Source: an uncultured Eubacteriaceae bacterium (lineage in GTDB: Bacteria; Bacillota; Clostridia; Lachnospirales; CAG-274). Taken from it: 40,092 nt of DNA. Numbering within the stretch: the first letter of the stretch is position 1; each line of letters opens with the position of its first letter. Shown here one piece after another: positions 10,123 through 18,522 of this stretch. A program made the position numbers and the translations under genes. The notes beneath the pieces are model-generated. The model was not told the origin of the DNA. It did no database searches and was given only the letters and a program-made list of their open reading frames with translations. The stretch is from contig CANOGI010000001.1 in NCBI GenBank assembly GCA_947565475.1, positions 1 to 40,092 of the forward strand. Direction: 5' to 3'.

Positions 10123-10585
10123 ATTGCTTTTTATGTTTCAGGCTATTATTGTCGCGGCCACGGCTGTAGCTGTGACCGTTATCGCGGCTGAGCCGGGAAG
10201 TTCTGAGGACCCTGTGGTGTCTAAAAGTTATGTGGATGAGAGAATAGAACAGCTTTTAACCGCTCTTGAGTCGGGGGGAACTATTGACATTAATAAAGCT
10301 CCGGTGACAAATAACGATAAATTTAAATATGTCCCCGTTCATGTAGGCGTGGGGCAAAAGCTTTTAGGCGGAGAGGGAACGGAAATTATTCTTAGAGTGG
10401 GAAGGTCTTTTGCCGTGGTTTCGGGAAAAGAGGCTTTAATAGACGTGACAGATGGGAAAGAGATGCCCGACACAAGCGAGATTAAAAAAAATCATATCAT
10501 TATCGTCCCGAGAAACGACGGCAGAGGCGTTAGAGTTGTCGAGGACGCTTGGTTTCTTGTGAAAGGCGAATATACCATAAGTTAG
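10112..10585 (+). CDS. hypothetical N-terminally anchored or secreted protein
   Basis: 157-aa ORF overlapping the csaB end by 11 nt. One N-terminal hydrophobic helix, then a soluble domain. No named motif. Confidence 0.55.
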   Translation: MRNKLLFMFQAIIVAATAVAVTVIAAEPGSSEDPVVSKSYVDERIEQLLTALESGGTIDINKAPVTNNDKFKYVPVHVGVGQKLLGGEGTEIILRVGRSFAVVSGKEALIDVTDGKEMPDTSEIKKNHIIIVPRNDGRGVRVVEDAWFLVKGEYTIS

Positions 10586-10679
10586 AATTTGTCTTGATTA
10601 GTTTTTCGGCAGGCTTTTAGGCGGCGGGAATTTATAAAGATTTTAGGTGATTTTTAAAGTTAATTAAATGGAGGCGGAA

Positions 10680-11426
10680 ATGAGTAAATATTCACATATT
10701 TTGGGAGTAAAATTTAATAACGTTACTCATTTGGAGGCGGTCAATATTCTTGAGGGATTTCTTGAGGAGGAAAAATGTCACGCTGTTTTTACGCCTAATC
10801 CGGAAATTGTTATGGCCGCCAGAGATGATAAGGAATTTATGGGGATTTTAAATAACGCCGATCTTGTCGTGCCGGACGGGATAGGCGTTGTTATAGCCTC
10901 TAAACTTACGAAAGAAAAACTTAAAGAACGTGTCGCCGGATATGACCTTATTCAGGGGCTTTTTTCTGTTATTAAAAATAAGGATTATACGGTTTATTTT
11001 TTTGGAGGCGCGCCGGGAGTAGCGGAGGAAGCGAAAGCGAAAATGGAACAGGTTCATAAAGGTTTAAAAATTATCGGTACTTTTGATGGATATTTTGACA
11101 AGGAAAGGGAGAAACTTATTCTTGAGGATATTAAAAACAAAAAGCCGGATATACTGCTTGTCGGACTTGGCGCTCCAAAACAAGAAAAATGGATTTACAA
11201 GCATAAAAACGAACTTCCCGTTAAAATATGCGTAGGCGTAGGCGGGAGTTTTGACGGTATGAGCGGAAAAGTTAAAAGAGCTCCTGATTTTTTTATTAAA
11301 TTTGGTCTTGAGTGGTTCTACAGACTTTTACGCCAGCCGAGCAGATTTTTTAGAATGCTTAAGCTGCCTTTGTTCCTTTTAGTGGTATTAAAAGAAAAAT
11401 TGTTTAAAAAAAGCGAAAGCGATTGA
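10680..11426 (+). CDS. WecB/TagA/CpsF family glycosyltransferase (GT26)
   Basis: ILGVKFNNVT...FTPNPEIVM...DGIGVV...YFFGG...LVGLGAPKQEKWI is the GT26 pattern. GGAGG at 10670-10674 supports ATG 10680. Confidence 0.85.
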   Translation: MSKYSHILGVKFNNVTHLEAVNILEGFLEEEKCHAVFTPNPEIVMAARDDKEFMGILNNADLVVPDGIGVVIASKLTKEKLKERVAGYDLIQGLFSVIKNKDYTVYFFGGAPGVAEEAKAKMEQVHKGLKIIGTFDGYFDKEREKLILEDIKNKKPDILLVGLGAPKQEKWIYKHKNELPVKICVGVGGSFDGMSGKVKRAPDFFIKFGLEWFYRLLRQPSRFFRMLKLPLFLLVVLKEKLFKKSESD

Positions 11427-11543
11427 CAAAAGCATTATGTATATATAAACAGAGATTGGATACATATGTCTTTTTCGAAAGCGGTCTTTAGAGATATATA
11501 CGCTTATTTTTCTTTTCGGCTCCTAAAAGGAGAATATTTTTCT

Positions 11544-12398
11544 ATGAGTGAATATTTAAAAAGTAAAATTTCTGATTATATTTTGATTTTTTTCGGAACT
11601 CTCTTTATGGCCGCCGCCTTAAACGTTTTTTTTGAGCCGAACAACATTGTTATCGGTGGGGCGACAGGTATCGCCGTTATTGTAAAATATCTGACGAAAG
11701 ATTTTTTTGACGGCGGTATATCTCTTGGCGTTTCAAATTTATTTATCAATTTACCTCTTTTTATTATCGCCGTTAAAGTATTTGGCCGAAGATTTGTTGG
11801 GAAAACAATTATCGCTACTCTTTTGCTTTCTTTTAATCTTGAGCTTACAAGTTCAGCCACTCCTTTTCACGGTGATTTTGTAATTATATCGGTTTACGGG
11901 GGCGTGCTTACGGGAATTGGGCTCGCTCTTATTTTCAGGGCGAGGGCGACCACGGGAGGTAGCGATTTGGCGGCGAGCCTCATACATCAGAAATTACACC
12001 ATATTACAATAGCTTTTATTATGCTTATTATTGACGTTATTATTATTTTATGCGGTTTTTTTGTGTTTGGTTTTACGGCGACAATGTATGCCGCTATTTC
12101 CGTGTTTATTACAAGCAAAATAATAGACGCTATTTTAGAGGGTCTTTCTTTCGCGAAGGCCACGTTTATTATATCAGATATGTCAGATGAGATATGCGAC
12201 GCTATTTTTAAGGAACTTGAAAGAGGGGTTACTTCTCTTTACGGCAAGGGAATGTTTACAAAAGAGGATAAAAACATACTTTTGTGCGTTGTATCTAAAA
12301 AAGAGGTTTTTAAGCTAAAGGAAATCGCTAAGGAAATTGATAAAAGCGCTTTTATTATGGTAGCTGACGTAAGAGAGGTTTTAGGAGACGGTTTCTGA
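11544..12398 (+). CDS. YitT family membrane protein (with DUF2179-like C-terminal domain)
   Basis: Multi-pass membrane region with GGATGIAVI and TTGGSDL motifs. The soluble C-terminus reads GVTSLYGKGMFTKEDKNILLCVVSKKEV...IMVADVREVLGDGF. ATG 11544 with AAGGAG at 11527-11532 is preferred over 11466. Confidence 0.8.
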   Translation: MSEYLKSKISDYILIFFGTLFMAAALNVFFEPNNIVIGGATGIAVIVKYLTKDFFDGGISLGVSNLFINLPLFIIAVKVFGRRFVGKTIIATLLLSFNLELTSSATPFHGDFVIISVYGGVLTGIGLALIFRARATTGGSDLAASLIHQKLHHITIAFIMLIIDVIIILCGFFVFGFTATMYAAISVFITSKIIDAILEGLSFAKATFIISDMSDEICDAIFKELERGVTSLYGKGMFTKEDKNILLCVVSKKEVFKLKEIAKEIDKSAFIMVADVREVLGDGF

Positions 12399-12615
12399 GG
12401 AAAAGAATAACAGGGTTATAACTATTATATTGTATACGATTAAATCGATTTGGGAAATTTTTATTTTTAAGGGACTGTCTTATAGTCAAACTACTTGAAA
12501 ATAAGCAAAAAGAGGAGAGATTAAAATTATTTTTGAAAGGCAGCGAAAAGAGAGCAAAGCTTAGAGCCTATGCCGACTGACGCTAATAAAGCCTAATAAA
12601 GCAAAAAATGATTTT

Positions 12616-12900
12616 AACTGACAGAGGAAGTCCACCGCCTTTTAAGCTGTGGACTTCCTTTTGTATTCAGGGAGAGTGTAGGCTTACTCGGAATACAAAG
12701 GTGAATACTTTCGCCGTCGGTTACGAGAATTTTTATTGTAGTGAACAAACTTAAAAAGTGCAAAAAAATATTTTACGGGCACGCAAGTGCTGCTGGTCGG
12801 CAAGCGAATCGCGCAGCAATTTGTAGGCTGTGCAAGTAAAATAATTTTTTGCTCCCTTTAAAGATTGTTCACTTTATATAAAAATTCGAGTAGTCTTGAC
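12616..12900 (+). repeat. R-A family structured element, interrupted by R-C
   Basis: AACTGACAGAGGAAGTCCACCGCC...GTGGACTTCC...TTGTATTCAGG...GAATACAAAGGTGAATACTTTCGCCGTCGGTTACGAGAATTTTT [R-C] AAAAATTCGAGTAGTCTTGAC. It is about 153 nt once the insert is removed. Confidence 0.8.
12741..12872 (+). repeat. R-C family 132-bp MITE-like element nested in the hairpin-4 loop of R-A
   Basis: Terminal inverted repeats GTGAACAAACTTAAA / TTTAAAGATTGTTCAC. The whole element is the reverse complement of 38726-38858 with high identity. Confidence 0.75.
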
Positions 12901-13307
12901 ACCGTCGAACTTGTTTATTTTTTTAGAGGTTTTACTATAGGAATACCTGTAGTTTGTTTTTTCATAATTTTTGTGTATTTCGCCTTTGAAAAAGTAAAAA
13001 TAGATAAAAAAATTTTTTTGCGCGTTTTTAATAATCAGAGAGAACTTCAGATATGTTGTATTTTAGTTTTTATAGTTATTTAACTCGTAAAAATTATTGC
13101 TGATATTCGCCTCTTTATTGAATATTTACTAAAAAAATTCGTTAAGTGTACAAATTATACAAAGGTTTCCTTATTTATTTGTTAAATTAATATATGGTTT
13201 ATTTTCTCTAAATAATGTATTATTATATATATGATAAATGATTTGAGTTAAGATATTTTTTAATCTTGAATCTAAAATCTATATGATTTTAAGGAGGATT
13301 TTTATAA

Positions 13308-14420
13308 ATGGCAGAATTAAAACTTACAAAAATTATGAAAAAGTACCCTAATGGCTTTGTTGCTGTTAAAGATTTTAATTTAGACATCGCGGATAAAGAA
13401 TTTATTATTTTTGTTGGTCCGTCAGGCTGTGGAAAAACCACTACGCTTCGTATGATAGCTGGACTTGAGGATATTTCCGGCGGCGAGCTTTACATAGGCG
13501 ATGAACTTATGAATGATGTTCCTCCCAAAGAAAGAGATATTGCTATGGTTTTCCAGAACTACGCTCTTTACCCTCATATGACTGTATATGATAATATGGC
13601 TTTTGGTCTTAAACTTAGAAAAATGCCTAAAGATGAGATTAAAAGACGTGTTGAGGAAGCCGCTAAAATTCTTGATATAGCTCATCTTCTTGATAGAAAG
13701 CCAAAGGCTTTGTCAGGCGGTCAGAGACAGCGTGTCGCTATGGGTAGAGCGATTGTTCGTGAGCCTAAAGTTTTTCTTATGGACGAACCGCTCTCAAATC
13801 TTGACGCTAAACTCAGAGTTCAGATGAGAACAGAAATTTCTAAACTGCATCACAGACTTGCGACTACTTTTATATACGTTACTCATGACCAGACAGAGGC
13901 TATGACTCTCGGTACACGTATCGTTGTTTTAAAAGACGGTATTATTCAGCAAGTTGACACTCCTCAAAATCTTTACAACAAGCCATGCAACCTTTTTGTA
14001 GCTGGATTTATTGGTTCTCCGCAGATGAACTTTATTGACAGCAAAGTTGTTAAAAGCGGAAATGACGTATGCCTCGCTTTCGGAAATTATAAAATTAAAC
14101 TTCCTGAGGCTAAAGGAAAAGTTCTTATTGACAAGAGATATGAGGGCAAAGAAGTTATTCTCGGTATAAGACCGGAAGATATTCACGCTGAGGAAATTTT
14201 CTTAAACTCATCTCAGGAAAGTATTGTTGACGCTCATGTTGAGGTTACAGAGCTTCTTGGCTCAGAAGTGAACTTATATTTACTTGTAGCGGGACAGAAC
14301 GCCGTAGCTAAAGTAAACGCGAGATATGACGCTAATGTTGGAGACGGTATCAAAGTTGCTTTTGACGTAAATAAAATTCATGTATTTGACAAAACTACAG
14401 AGCTTGCTGTTGTAAACTGA
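13308..14420 (+). CDS. sugar ABC transporter ATP-binding protein (MsmX/MsmK/MalK/UgpC family)
   Basis: Walker [11 protein letters not shown]-loop, signature LSGGQRQR, Walker [11 protein letters not shown]-loop VTHDQ, plus a MalK-type C-terminal regulatory domain. AAGGAGG RBS. No permease or binding-protein gene is adjacent. Confidence 0.93.
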   Translation: MAELKLTKIMKKYPNGFVAVKDFNLDIADKEFIIFVGPSGCGKTTTLRMIAGLEDISGGELYIGDELMNDVPPKERDIAMVFQNYALYPHMTVYDNMAFGLKLRKMPKDEIKRRVEEAAKILDIAHLLDRKPKALSGGQRQRVAMGRAIVREPKVFLMDEPLSNLDAKLRVQMRTEISKLHHRLATTFIYVTHDQTEAMTLGTRIVVLKDGIIQQVDTPQNLYNKPCNLFVAGFIGSPQMNFIDSKVVKSGNDVCLAFGNYKIKLPEAKGKVLIDKRYEGKEVILGIRPEDIHAEEIFLNSSQESIVDAHVEVTELLGSEVNLYLLVAGQNAVAKVNARYDANVGDGIKVAFDVNKIHVFDKTTELAVVN

Positions 14421-14433
14421 TAACTAATGTTTT

Positions 14434-14580
14434 AGACTGACGAAGGAAGTTCACCGCTTCTTAAGCGGGGTACTTCCTTTTTTATTCAGTGGAGTGTAAG
14501 CTACTAACTAATACAAAGATGGAGTTATCCAACGTAGGTTATTCGTATTTCCGTGAAATAAAAATACGAATAGTATTAAA
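14434..14580 (+). repeat. R-A family, divergent subfamily copy
   Basis: It begins 14 nt after the ABC ATPase stop: AGACTGACGAAGGAAGTTCACCGC...GCGGGGTACTTCC...TTATTCAGTGGAGTG...AATACAAAG. Hairpin 4 is replaced by ATTCGTATTT...AAATACGAAT, a different sequence with the same pairing. Confidence 0.7.
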
Positions 14581-14657
14581 TAATGTTTAAAATCACAGAA
14601 ATTTGTTTTAAATTTTAATCTTATTTCTGGAGATTGGTGGAATGTGTAGGACGTTAT

Positions 14658-14697
14658 AGGTTGGGCAAAAGTGAAGTTTTTAGCCCAACCTTTTTTA
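14658..14697 (+). terminator. orphan rho-independent terminator
   Basis: 9-bp stem AGGTTGGGC (14658-14666) / GCCCAACCT (14683-14691), followed by a run of five more T residues (14692-14696). There is no ORF between the R-A copy and this hairpin. Confidence 0.55.
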
Positions 14698-14811
14698 TAT
14701 ATAAAGTCGGGCTGTAGGCAAAAAAGAGCCGTTTTCTACTCGATTATATATATAAGAAATGAAAGTTTATGGACAATCAATTTGAGAAGAAGCGGAAGTA
14801 AGATTTTATTT

Positions 14812-14927
14812 TATAGTCAACAAACTTAAAAACAAACAAATTATATAGACGGCATAGCCTCTATACAGGTGGTGAAAAAGATTTTTGCTTTGTCTATTTT
14901 TGTTGCTTTTCAAGTTTGTTGACTATA
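14812..14927. repeat. R-B-like variant element bounded by inverted repeats
   Basis: TATAGTCAACAAACTTAAAAACAAACAAA...TTTGTTGCTTTTCAAGTTTGTTGACTATA gives terminal inverted repeats of about 26/29 matches. The flanks are also inverted (ATTTTATTTTA / TAAAATAAAT). It ends 34 nt upstream of the ATG at 14961. Confidence 0.6.
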
Positions 14928-14960
14928 AAATAAATTTATTGCTTTGGAAAGGATAATATT

Positions 14961-15722
14961 ATGTTAAAAAAAATTATAGCTTTAGTGGGTGCGCTTGTAA
15001 TTACTGTTGGGTCTTTTAATACGGTTTTTTGTGAGGTTGATATATCTGTTAAAGTAAACGGCGAGGATGTGGAGTTTGACCAGCCTCCCGTAATCGAAAA
15101 TGGGAGAACAATGATTCCTTTCCGAGCGGTTTTGGAGGAAATGGGGCTTTCTGTGGATTGGGATTCCGACACGAAGACAGTAATATGTACAGACGGTGAG
15201 AAAATAGCGGCTCTCACCGTGGGAAGCGATGAGATGACAGTTGGCGACGGAGGACAAGAAATATTTAAAATAAAGGGTGAGGGAGTTTGTATTAACGGGG
15301 GAAGTGTTTCTATTGACGTTCCGGCGAAAATTGTAAACGGCAGAACTTTAGTACCTATACGCATTATTGCCGAGAGTTTCGGGGCGGATGTTATATGGAA
15401 TGAGGAGAGCAGGACTGTTGAGATTAACATGAAGATGAAAGAGGAAGTCATTAACGAGAGCGAATTGGAAAAAGCCTGTGATGAGCTTATGCAGATACTT
15501 ACGGACATAGCGGAAAGCGAAGTTGTATTAGATGAGGGAATTGTGGATGAATTTCTCAGTATCACGGATGAGTTGTATGAGCTTCAAGCTCTTTGGGATG
15601 AGATGGAGTATACTCAGGAGAATGTGGATAAAGTAACGGAAATGGTAAAAGAAGTCAAATTAAGGGTTATAGACATAGCGCGGGAAGCTGATATAAATAT
15701 AAACATTGATGGGACAAAGTGA
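14961..15722 (+). CDS. secreted copper-amine-oxidase N-terminal ('stalk') domain protein with C-terminal helical module
   Basis: Signal peptide. Two stalk half-motifs (ENGRTMIPFRAVLEEMGLSVDWDSDTKTV and VNGRTLVPIRIIAESFGADVIWNEESRTV). C-terminus ...VIDIAREADININ. Confidence 0.75.
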   Translation: MLKKIIALVGALVITVGSFNTVFCEVDISVKVNGEDVEFDQPPVIENGRTMIPFRAVLEEMGLSVDWDSDTKTVICTDGEKIAALTVGSDEMTVGDGGQEIFKIKGEGVCINGGSVSIDVPAKIVNGRTLVPIRIIAESFGADVIWNEESRTVEINMKMKEEVINESELEKACDELMQILTDIAESEVVLDEGIVDEFLSITDELYELQALWDEMEYTQENVDKVTEMVKEVKLRVIDIAREADININIDGTK

Positions 15723-15744
15723 TATAGGGCTTGAGGAATGTTTT

Positions 15745-15998
15745 AACTGACTAAGTAGTCCCATACGCACTAACTTAAAGATTGTGGAACGCTGCCTAAC
15801 ACCCTGTAAGCCTTTTTGAAAAAAGGTTCAGCACTTTTGGCCGTGCCGAAAGCCTAAGTTTTTTAAGTTAGTGTATATACTGATAAGTCCCCGTTTTTTA
15901 AGCGAGGGGGATTTACTCTTGTTATTCAGCGGGAGTATAAGCTTATGCATAATACAAAGGTGGAGTTATCAATAGAACATTTTGTAATAGTCTTTGAC
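15745..15998 (+). repeat. R-A family (divergent subfamily), split by R-D
   Basis: AACTGACTAAGTAGTCCC [R-D] ACTGATAAGTCCCCG...CGAGGGGGAT...GTTATTCAGCGGGAGT...AATACAAAGGTGGAGTTATC...TAGTCTTTGAC. The 5' 14-17 nt are repeated on both sides of the insert. Confidence 0.65.
15768..15873. repeat. R-D family 106-bp MITE-like element nested in R-A
   Basis: Perfect terminal inverted repeats CACTAACTTAAA / TTTAAGTTAGTG. The interior (GGAACGCTG..ACACCC.GTAAGCCTTTT.AAAAGG) matches 18150-18200. Confidence 0.7.
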
Positions 15999-16031
15999 TG
16001 ATTTTTATAAAAGAAAACAGGAGGGAAAATT

Positions 16032-17114
16032 ATGCTAAAAAAGGTTATAGGAATAGCTTGTACGGTAATATTTACGATGGTTTCATTAAATGCCGTGTTT
16101 GGAGAAGATAAAATATCTCTTAGGGTAAATCATCAAGATGTGAGTTTTTCGGAGCAATCGCCGATAATTGAGAACGGAAAAGTGATGGCTCCTCTTAGAG
16201 ACGTCGCCGAGGCGATGGGAATTTCCATTGATATGTGCGACCGTGACGGAGAAATTGTGCTGGTTTGCATGGACAATAAGAAAGCGGTTGACATTATTGA
16301 CGGAAAAGATGAGATAACAATATGGGATATAAATAGCGACAAAAGCGATGATGATACACTTGTTTTGATAGGCGACAGCGAGAGAAGAATTCCCTTTGAG
16401 GAACCTATCAAAATTATAAATGGGGAAACTTTGGTACCTGTACGAATTTTCGCCGAGAGTTTCGGCGCCGAGGTTCTGTGGGACGAAGATAGTAAAACCG
16501 TCGGGATTTTTATGAGTGTTGACATGGAAGAATTAGAAAAAGTATTTGGCTTGATAGGAGGAATGTGGAAAAATATAGATTTAAAGATAAGCGAGTCAGA
16601 TAATTTGACAAAAGAAATGTTTAAGGAAATTTCAGATGAGTTACTAATATATGTGGAGGAAGTTGAAAATTCATACTATATCAATCAAAAAACGGTCGAC
16701 AGTGTGGCTGACGAACTGGAAAAGTATTTACAGGCGTTTGAGGATTTCGCGAAAGAGAATAGTTTAGATGTAACCGCCGGCGAGGAAGATGAAGAGTATG
16801 CCTTGAAAAAATTTAATGGGGGAAAAGTATATAACGGCGAGGTAATTGATATATCTAAGAATTTAGAGGCTTATAATCGGCTTTTAGATATAATTGAGAG
16901 GATATGTGAAAAAATTTGCGATATTGATGAAAAAGTGAGAACTGAAATTGTGAGTATTATAAGGGAAATAGGTGAGGATTTAATAAATTTAAGTAATTCT
17001 GGTAGTCCTGTAAATCAGAAAGAAGCCGACGAGATTACTGAAAAGTGTGAGGAGTATATAAGAAAGCTTACTGATTTAGCCGACAGAAATAATATATCTA
17101 TAAATTTGGATTAA
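16032..17114 (+). CDS. secreted stalk-domain protein with two C-terminal helical modules
   Basis: Signal peptide similar to the upstream paralog (MLKKVIG...). Stalk motifs ENGKVMAPLRDVAEAMGISI and INGETLVPVRIFAESFGAEVLWDEDSKTV. Module endings FAKENSLDV and LADRNNISINLD. Confidence 0.75.
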   Translation: MLKKVIGIACTVIFTMVSLNAVFGEDKISLRVNHQDVSFSEQSPIIENGKVMAPLRDVAEAMGISIDMCDRDGEIVLVCMDNKKAVDIIDGKDEITIWDINSDKSDDDTLVLIGDSERRIPFEEPIKIINGETLVPVRIFAESFGAEVLWDEDSKTVGIFMSVDMEELEKVFGLIGGMWKNIDLKISESDNLTKEMFKEISDELLIYVEEVENSYYINQKTVDSVADELEKYLQAFEDFAKENSLDVTAGEEDEEYALKKFNGGKVYNGEVIDISKNLEAYNRLLDIIERICEKICDIDEKVRTEIVSIIREIGEDLINLSNSGSPVNQKEADEITEKCEEYIRKLTDLADRNNISINLD

Positions 17115-17323
17115 AAAAATACATATGTAAGTTTTAATAAAAACAGATATATTTAACTTGATACATAGGCATTGTTAAATGCCGTAGGATTAAGCGTTTC
17201 GCAAAGCAAAAAAGAGAACAGAAAAGTTTCTGACAGGTTTTTTTATCGTTTAGTTATGAGAGTTTTTGGAAATACTACAAAGCTTTCAGGGAAGTATATA
17301 AAATTTAAAGGAGAATATCAAAA

Positions 17324-18130
17324 ATGAGAATAGGATTTATTGGCGGGGGGAATATGGGCGGAGCCATTATAGGCGGAATGATTTCCTCGGGAAAATATAA
17401 AGCGGAGGATATTTCCGTTGTAGATTTATTTAAAGAGAATGTGGAAAGGCTTATTTCAGAATATGGAATAAAAAATGGTGAAAATAATAAAAAAATCGCA
17501 GGAAATTCGGATATTTTGTTTTTATCCGTTAAGCCTAATGTTTACGCGGAAGTTATAAAGGAAATTAGGGAAGATTTAAAAGATGGCTGTATCGTGGTTT
17601 CTATTGCCGCCGGACAGAGCATTAACAATGTTTTAGAGCTTTTTGGTCGGGAAATAAAAATTGTGAGGGTTATGCCAAACACACCCGCTCTTGTTGGCGA
17701 GGGTATGGCGGCGGTTTGCGGAAACGAGGCTGTATCGGAAAAAGAGGTTAGGGAAATTACTGATATTTTTAACTGTTTTGGAATTGCCGAGATTGTACCT
17801 GAGAAAATGATGGATATTGTTACCGCGGTAAGCGGTTCGTCGCCGGCTTTTGTATATATGTTTATAGAGGCTATGGCGGACGCCGCGGTATTGGGCGGAA
17901 TGCCGAGAAAACAAGCTTATAAATTTGCGGCCCAAACAGTTTTAGGGTCGGCTAAAATGGTGCTTGATACAGGAAAACACCCTGGCGAGCTTAAAGATAT
18001 GGTATGTTCTCCATCGGGAACGACTATAGAGGCTGTGGCGGAACTTGAAAAACTTGGGATGAGAACCGCCGTTATTGAGGCGATACGGGTTTGTGAGAAA
18101 AAATCAAAAGTTATGGGCAAAAAGTCATAG
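17324..18130 (+). CDS. proC: pyrroline-5-carboxylate reductase
   Basis: MRIGFIGGGNMGGAII Rossmann N-terminus, RVMPNTPALVGEG, SGSSPAFVYMFIEAMADAAV and SPSGTTIEA motifs. Confidence 0.93.
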   Translation: MRIGFIGGGNMGGAIIGGMISSGKYKAEDISVVDLFKENVERLISEYGIKNGENNKKIAGNSDILFLSVKPNVYAEVIKEIREDLKDGCIVVSIAAGQSINNVLELFGREIKIVRVMPNTPALVGEGMAAVCGNEAVSEKEVREITDIFNCFGIAEIVPEKMMDIVTAVSGSSPAFVYMFIEAMADAAVLGGMPRKQAYKFAAQTVLGSAKMVLDTGKHPGELKDMVCSPSGTTIEAVAELEKLGMRTAVIEAIRVCEKKSKVMGKKS

Positions 18131-18131
18131 G

Positions 18132-18393
18132 TACCAACTTAAAAGATTAAAACCGTGGGACGCTGTCCCACACCCCGCAAGCCTTTGAAAAGGCTTGACC
18201 TAAACTTTATAACGCAAAGCTTTTGCTTTGCTGAATTTTGGAAAACGAAGTTTTTCGCAAAAGTTTTTGGCTTCTTTTTTCAATAGGGCTACAAAGAAGT
18301 GCGGGCGGCGTAAGCCGACTTTTGGCAAAGCCAAAAGCACTGAACAAAGAAGTCGGGTTTGGGCTGAAAGCCCAAGTTTTTTTTAAGTTAGTG
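18132..18393. repeat. R-D family, long copy with extra internal material
   Basis: Ends TACCAACTTAAAAGATT...TTTTTTTTAAGTTAGTG, with flanking interior matching 15768-15873. About 155 bp of extra internal sequence includes an R-F-like segment (about 18296-18350). Confidence 0.6.
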
Positions 18394-18424
18394 CCTATGA
18401 GGTAAAAAGCAAAGTTTCTTGGGA

Positions 18425-18508
18425 GTCAAGACTACTCGAATTTTTGTAACCGACGGCGAAAGTATTCACCTTTGTATTCAGGGTGAGTATGTACTCCCTC
18501 TGTCGGTT
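18425..18508 (-). repeat. R-A family, internally deleted copy (only minus-strand copy)
   Basis: The reverse complement reads AACCGACAGAGGGAGTACATACTCACCCTGAATACAAAGGTGAATACTTTCGCCGTCGGTTACAAAAATTCGAGTAGTCTTGAC. Hairpin 2 and one arm of hairpin 4 are missing. Confidence 0.7.
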
Positions 18509-18522
18509 AAAAAAGCTTTGTC

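Larger units (their letters stand above)
12481..12939 (+). repeat. R-B family element carrying nested R-A, which carries nested R-C (composite, 459 bp)
   Basis: The left end TATAGTCAAACTACTTGAAAATAAGC and the core match 38599-38720. The right end ACCGTCGAACTTGTTTATTTTTTTAGAGGTTTTACTATA matches 38866-38903. The interior is occupied by R-A (12616-12900). Confidence 0.7.

Noticed and set aside
12865-13083. 72-aa ORF, and the similar 64-aa ORF at 32824-33018 sharing the peptide strings [15 protein letters not shown] and YKNSSS.D
   Set aside because: Both start inside or run through R-A/R-C/R-B repeat copies. The shared peptide simply reflects the shared repeat DNA. No RBS and no coding-like composition. 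Treated as an annotation hazard, not as genes.
14936-15565. Long antisense ORFs overlapping real genes (14936-15565, 28902-29366, 9315-9788, 16133-16525, 26505-26965, 24594-24854 and similar)
   Set aside because: They lie opposite well-supported genes, have Ser/Ile/Phe-rich low-complexity translations and no RBS. These are typical shadow ORFs of AT-rich coding DNA.
12481-16000. Possibility that the intergenic repeats form a CRISPR array or integron attC sites
   Set aside because: Repeat units are 100-300 bp, belong to several different families, are irregularly spaced, are separated by housekeeping genes and are nested in one another. No cas or intI genes are present. This is not CRISPR or integron architecture.
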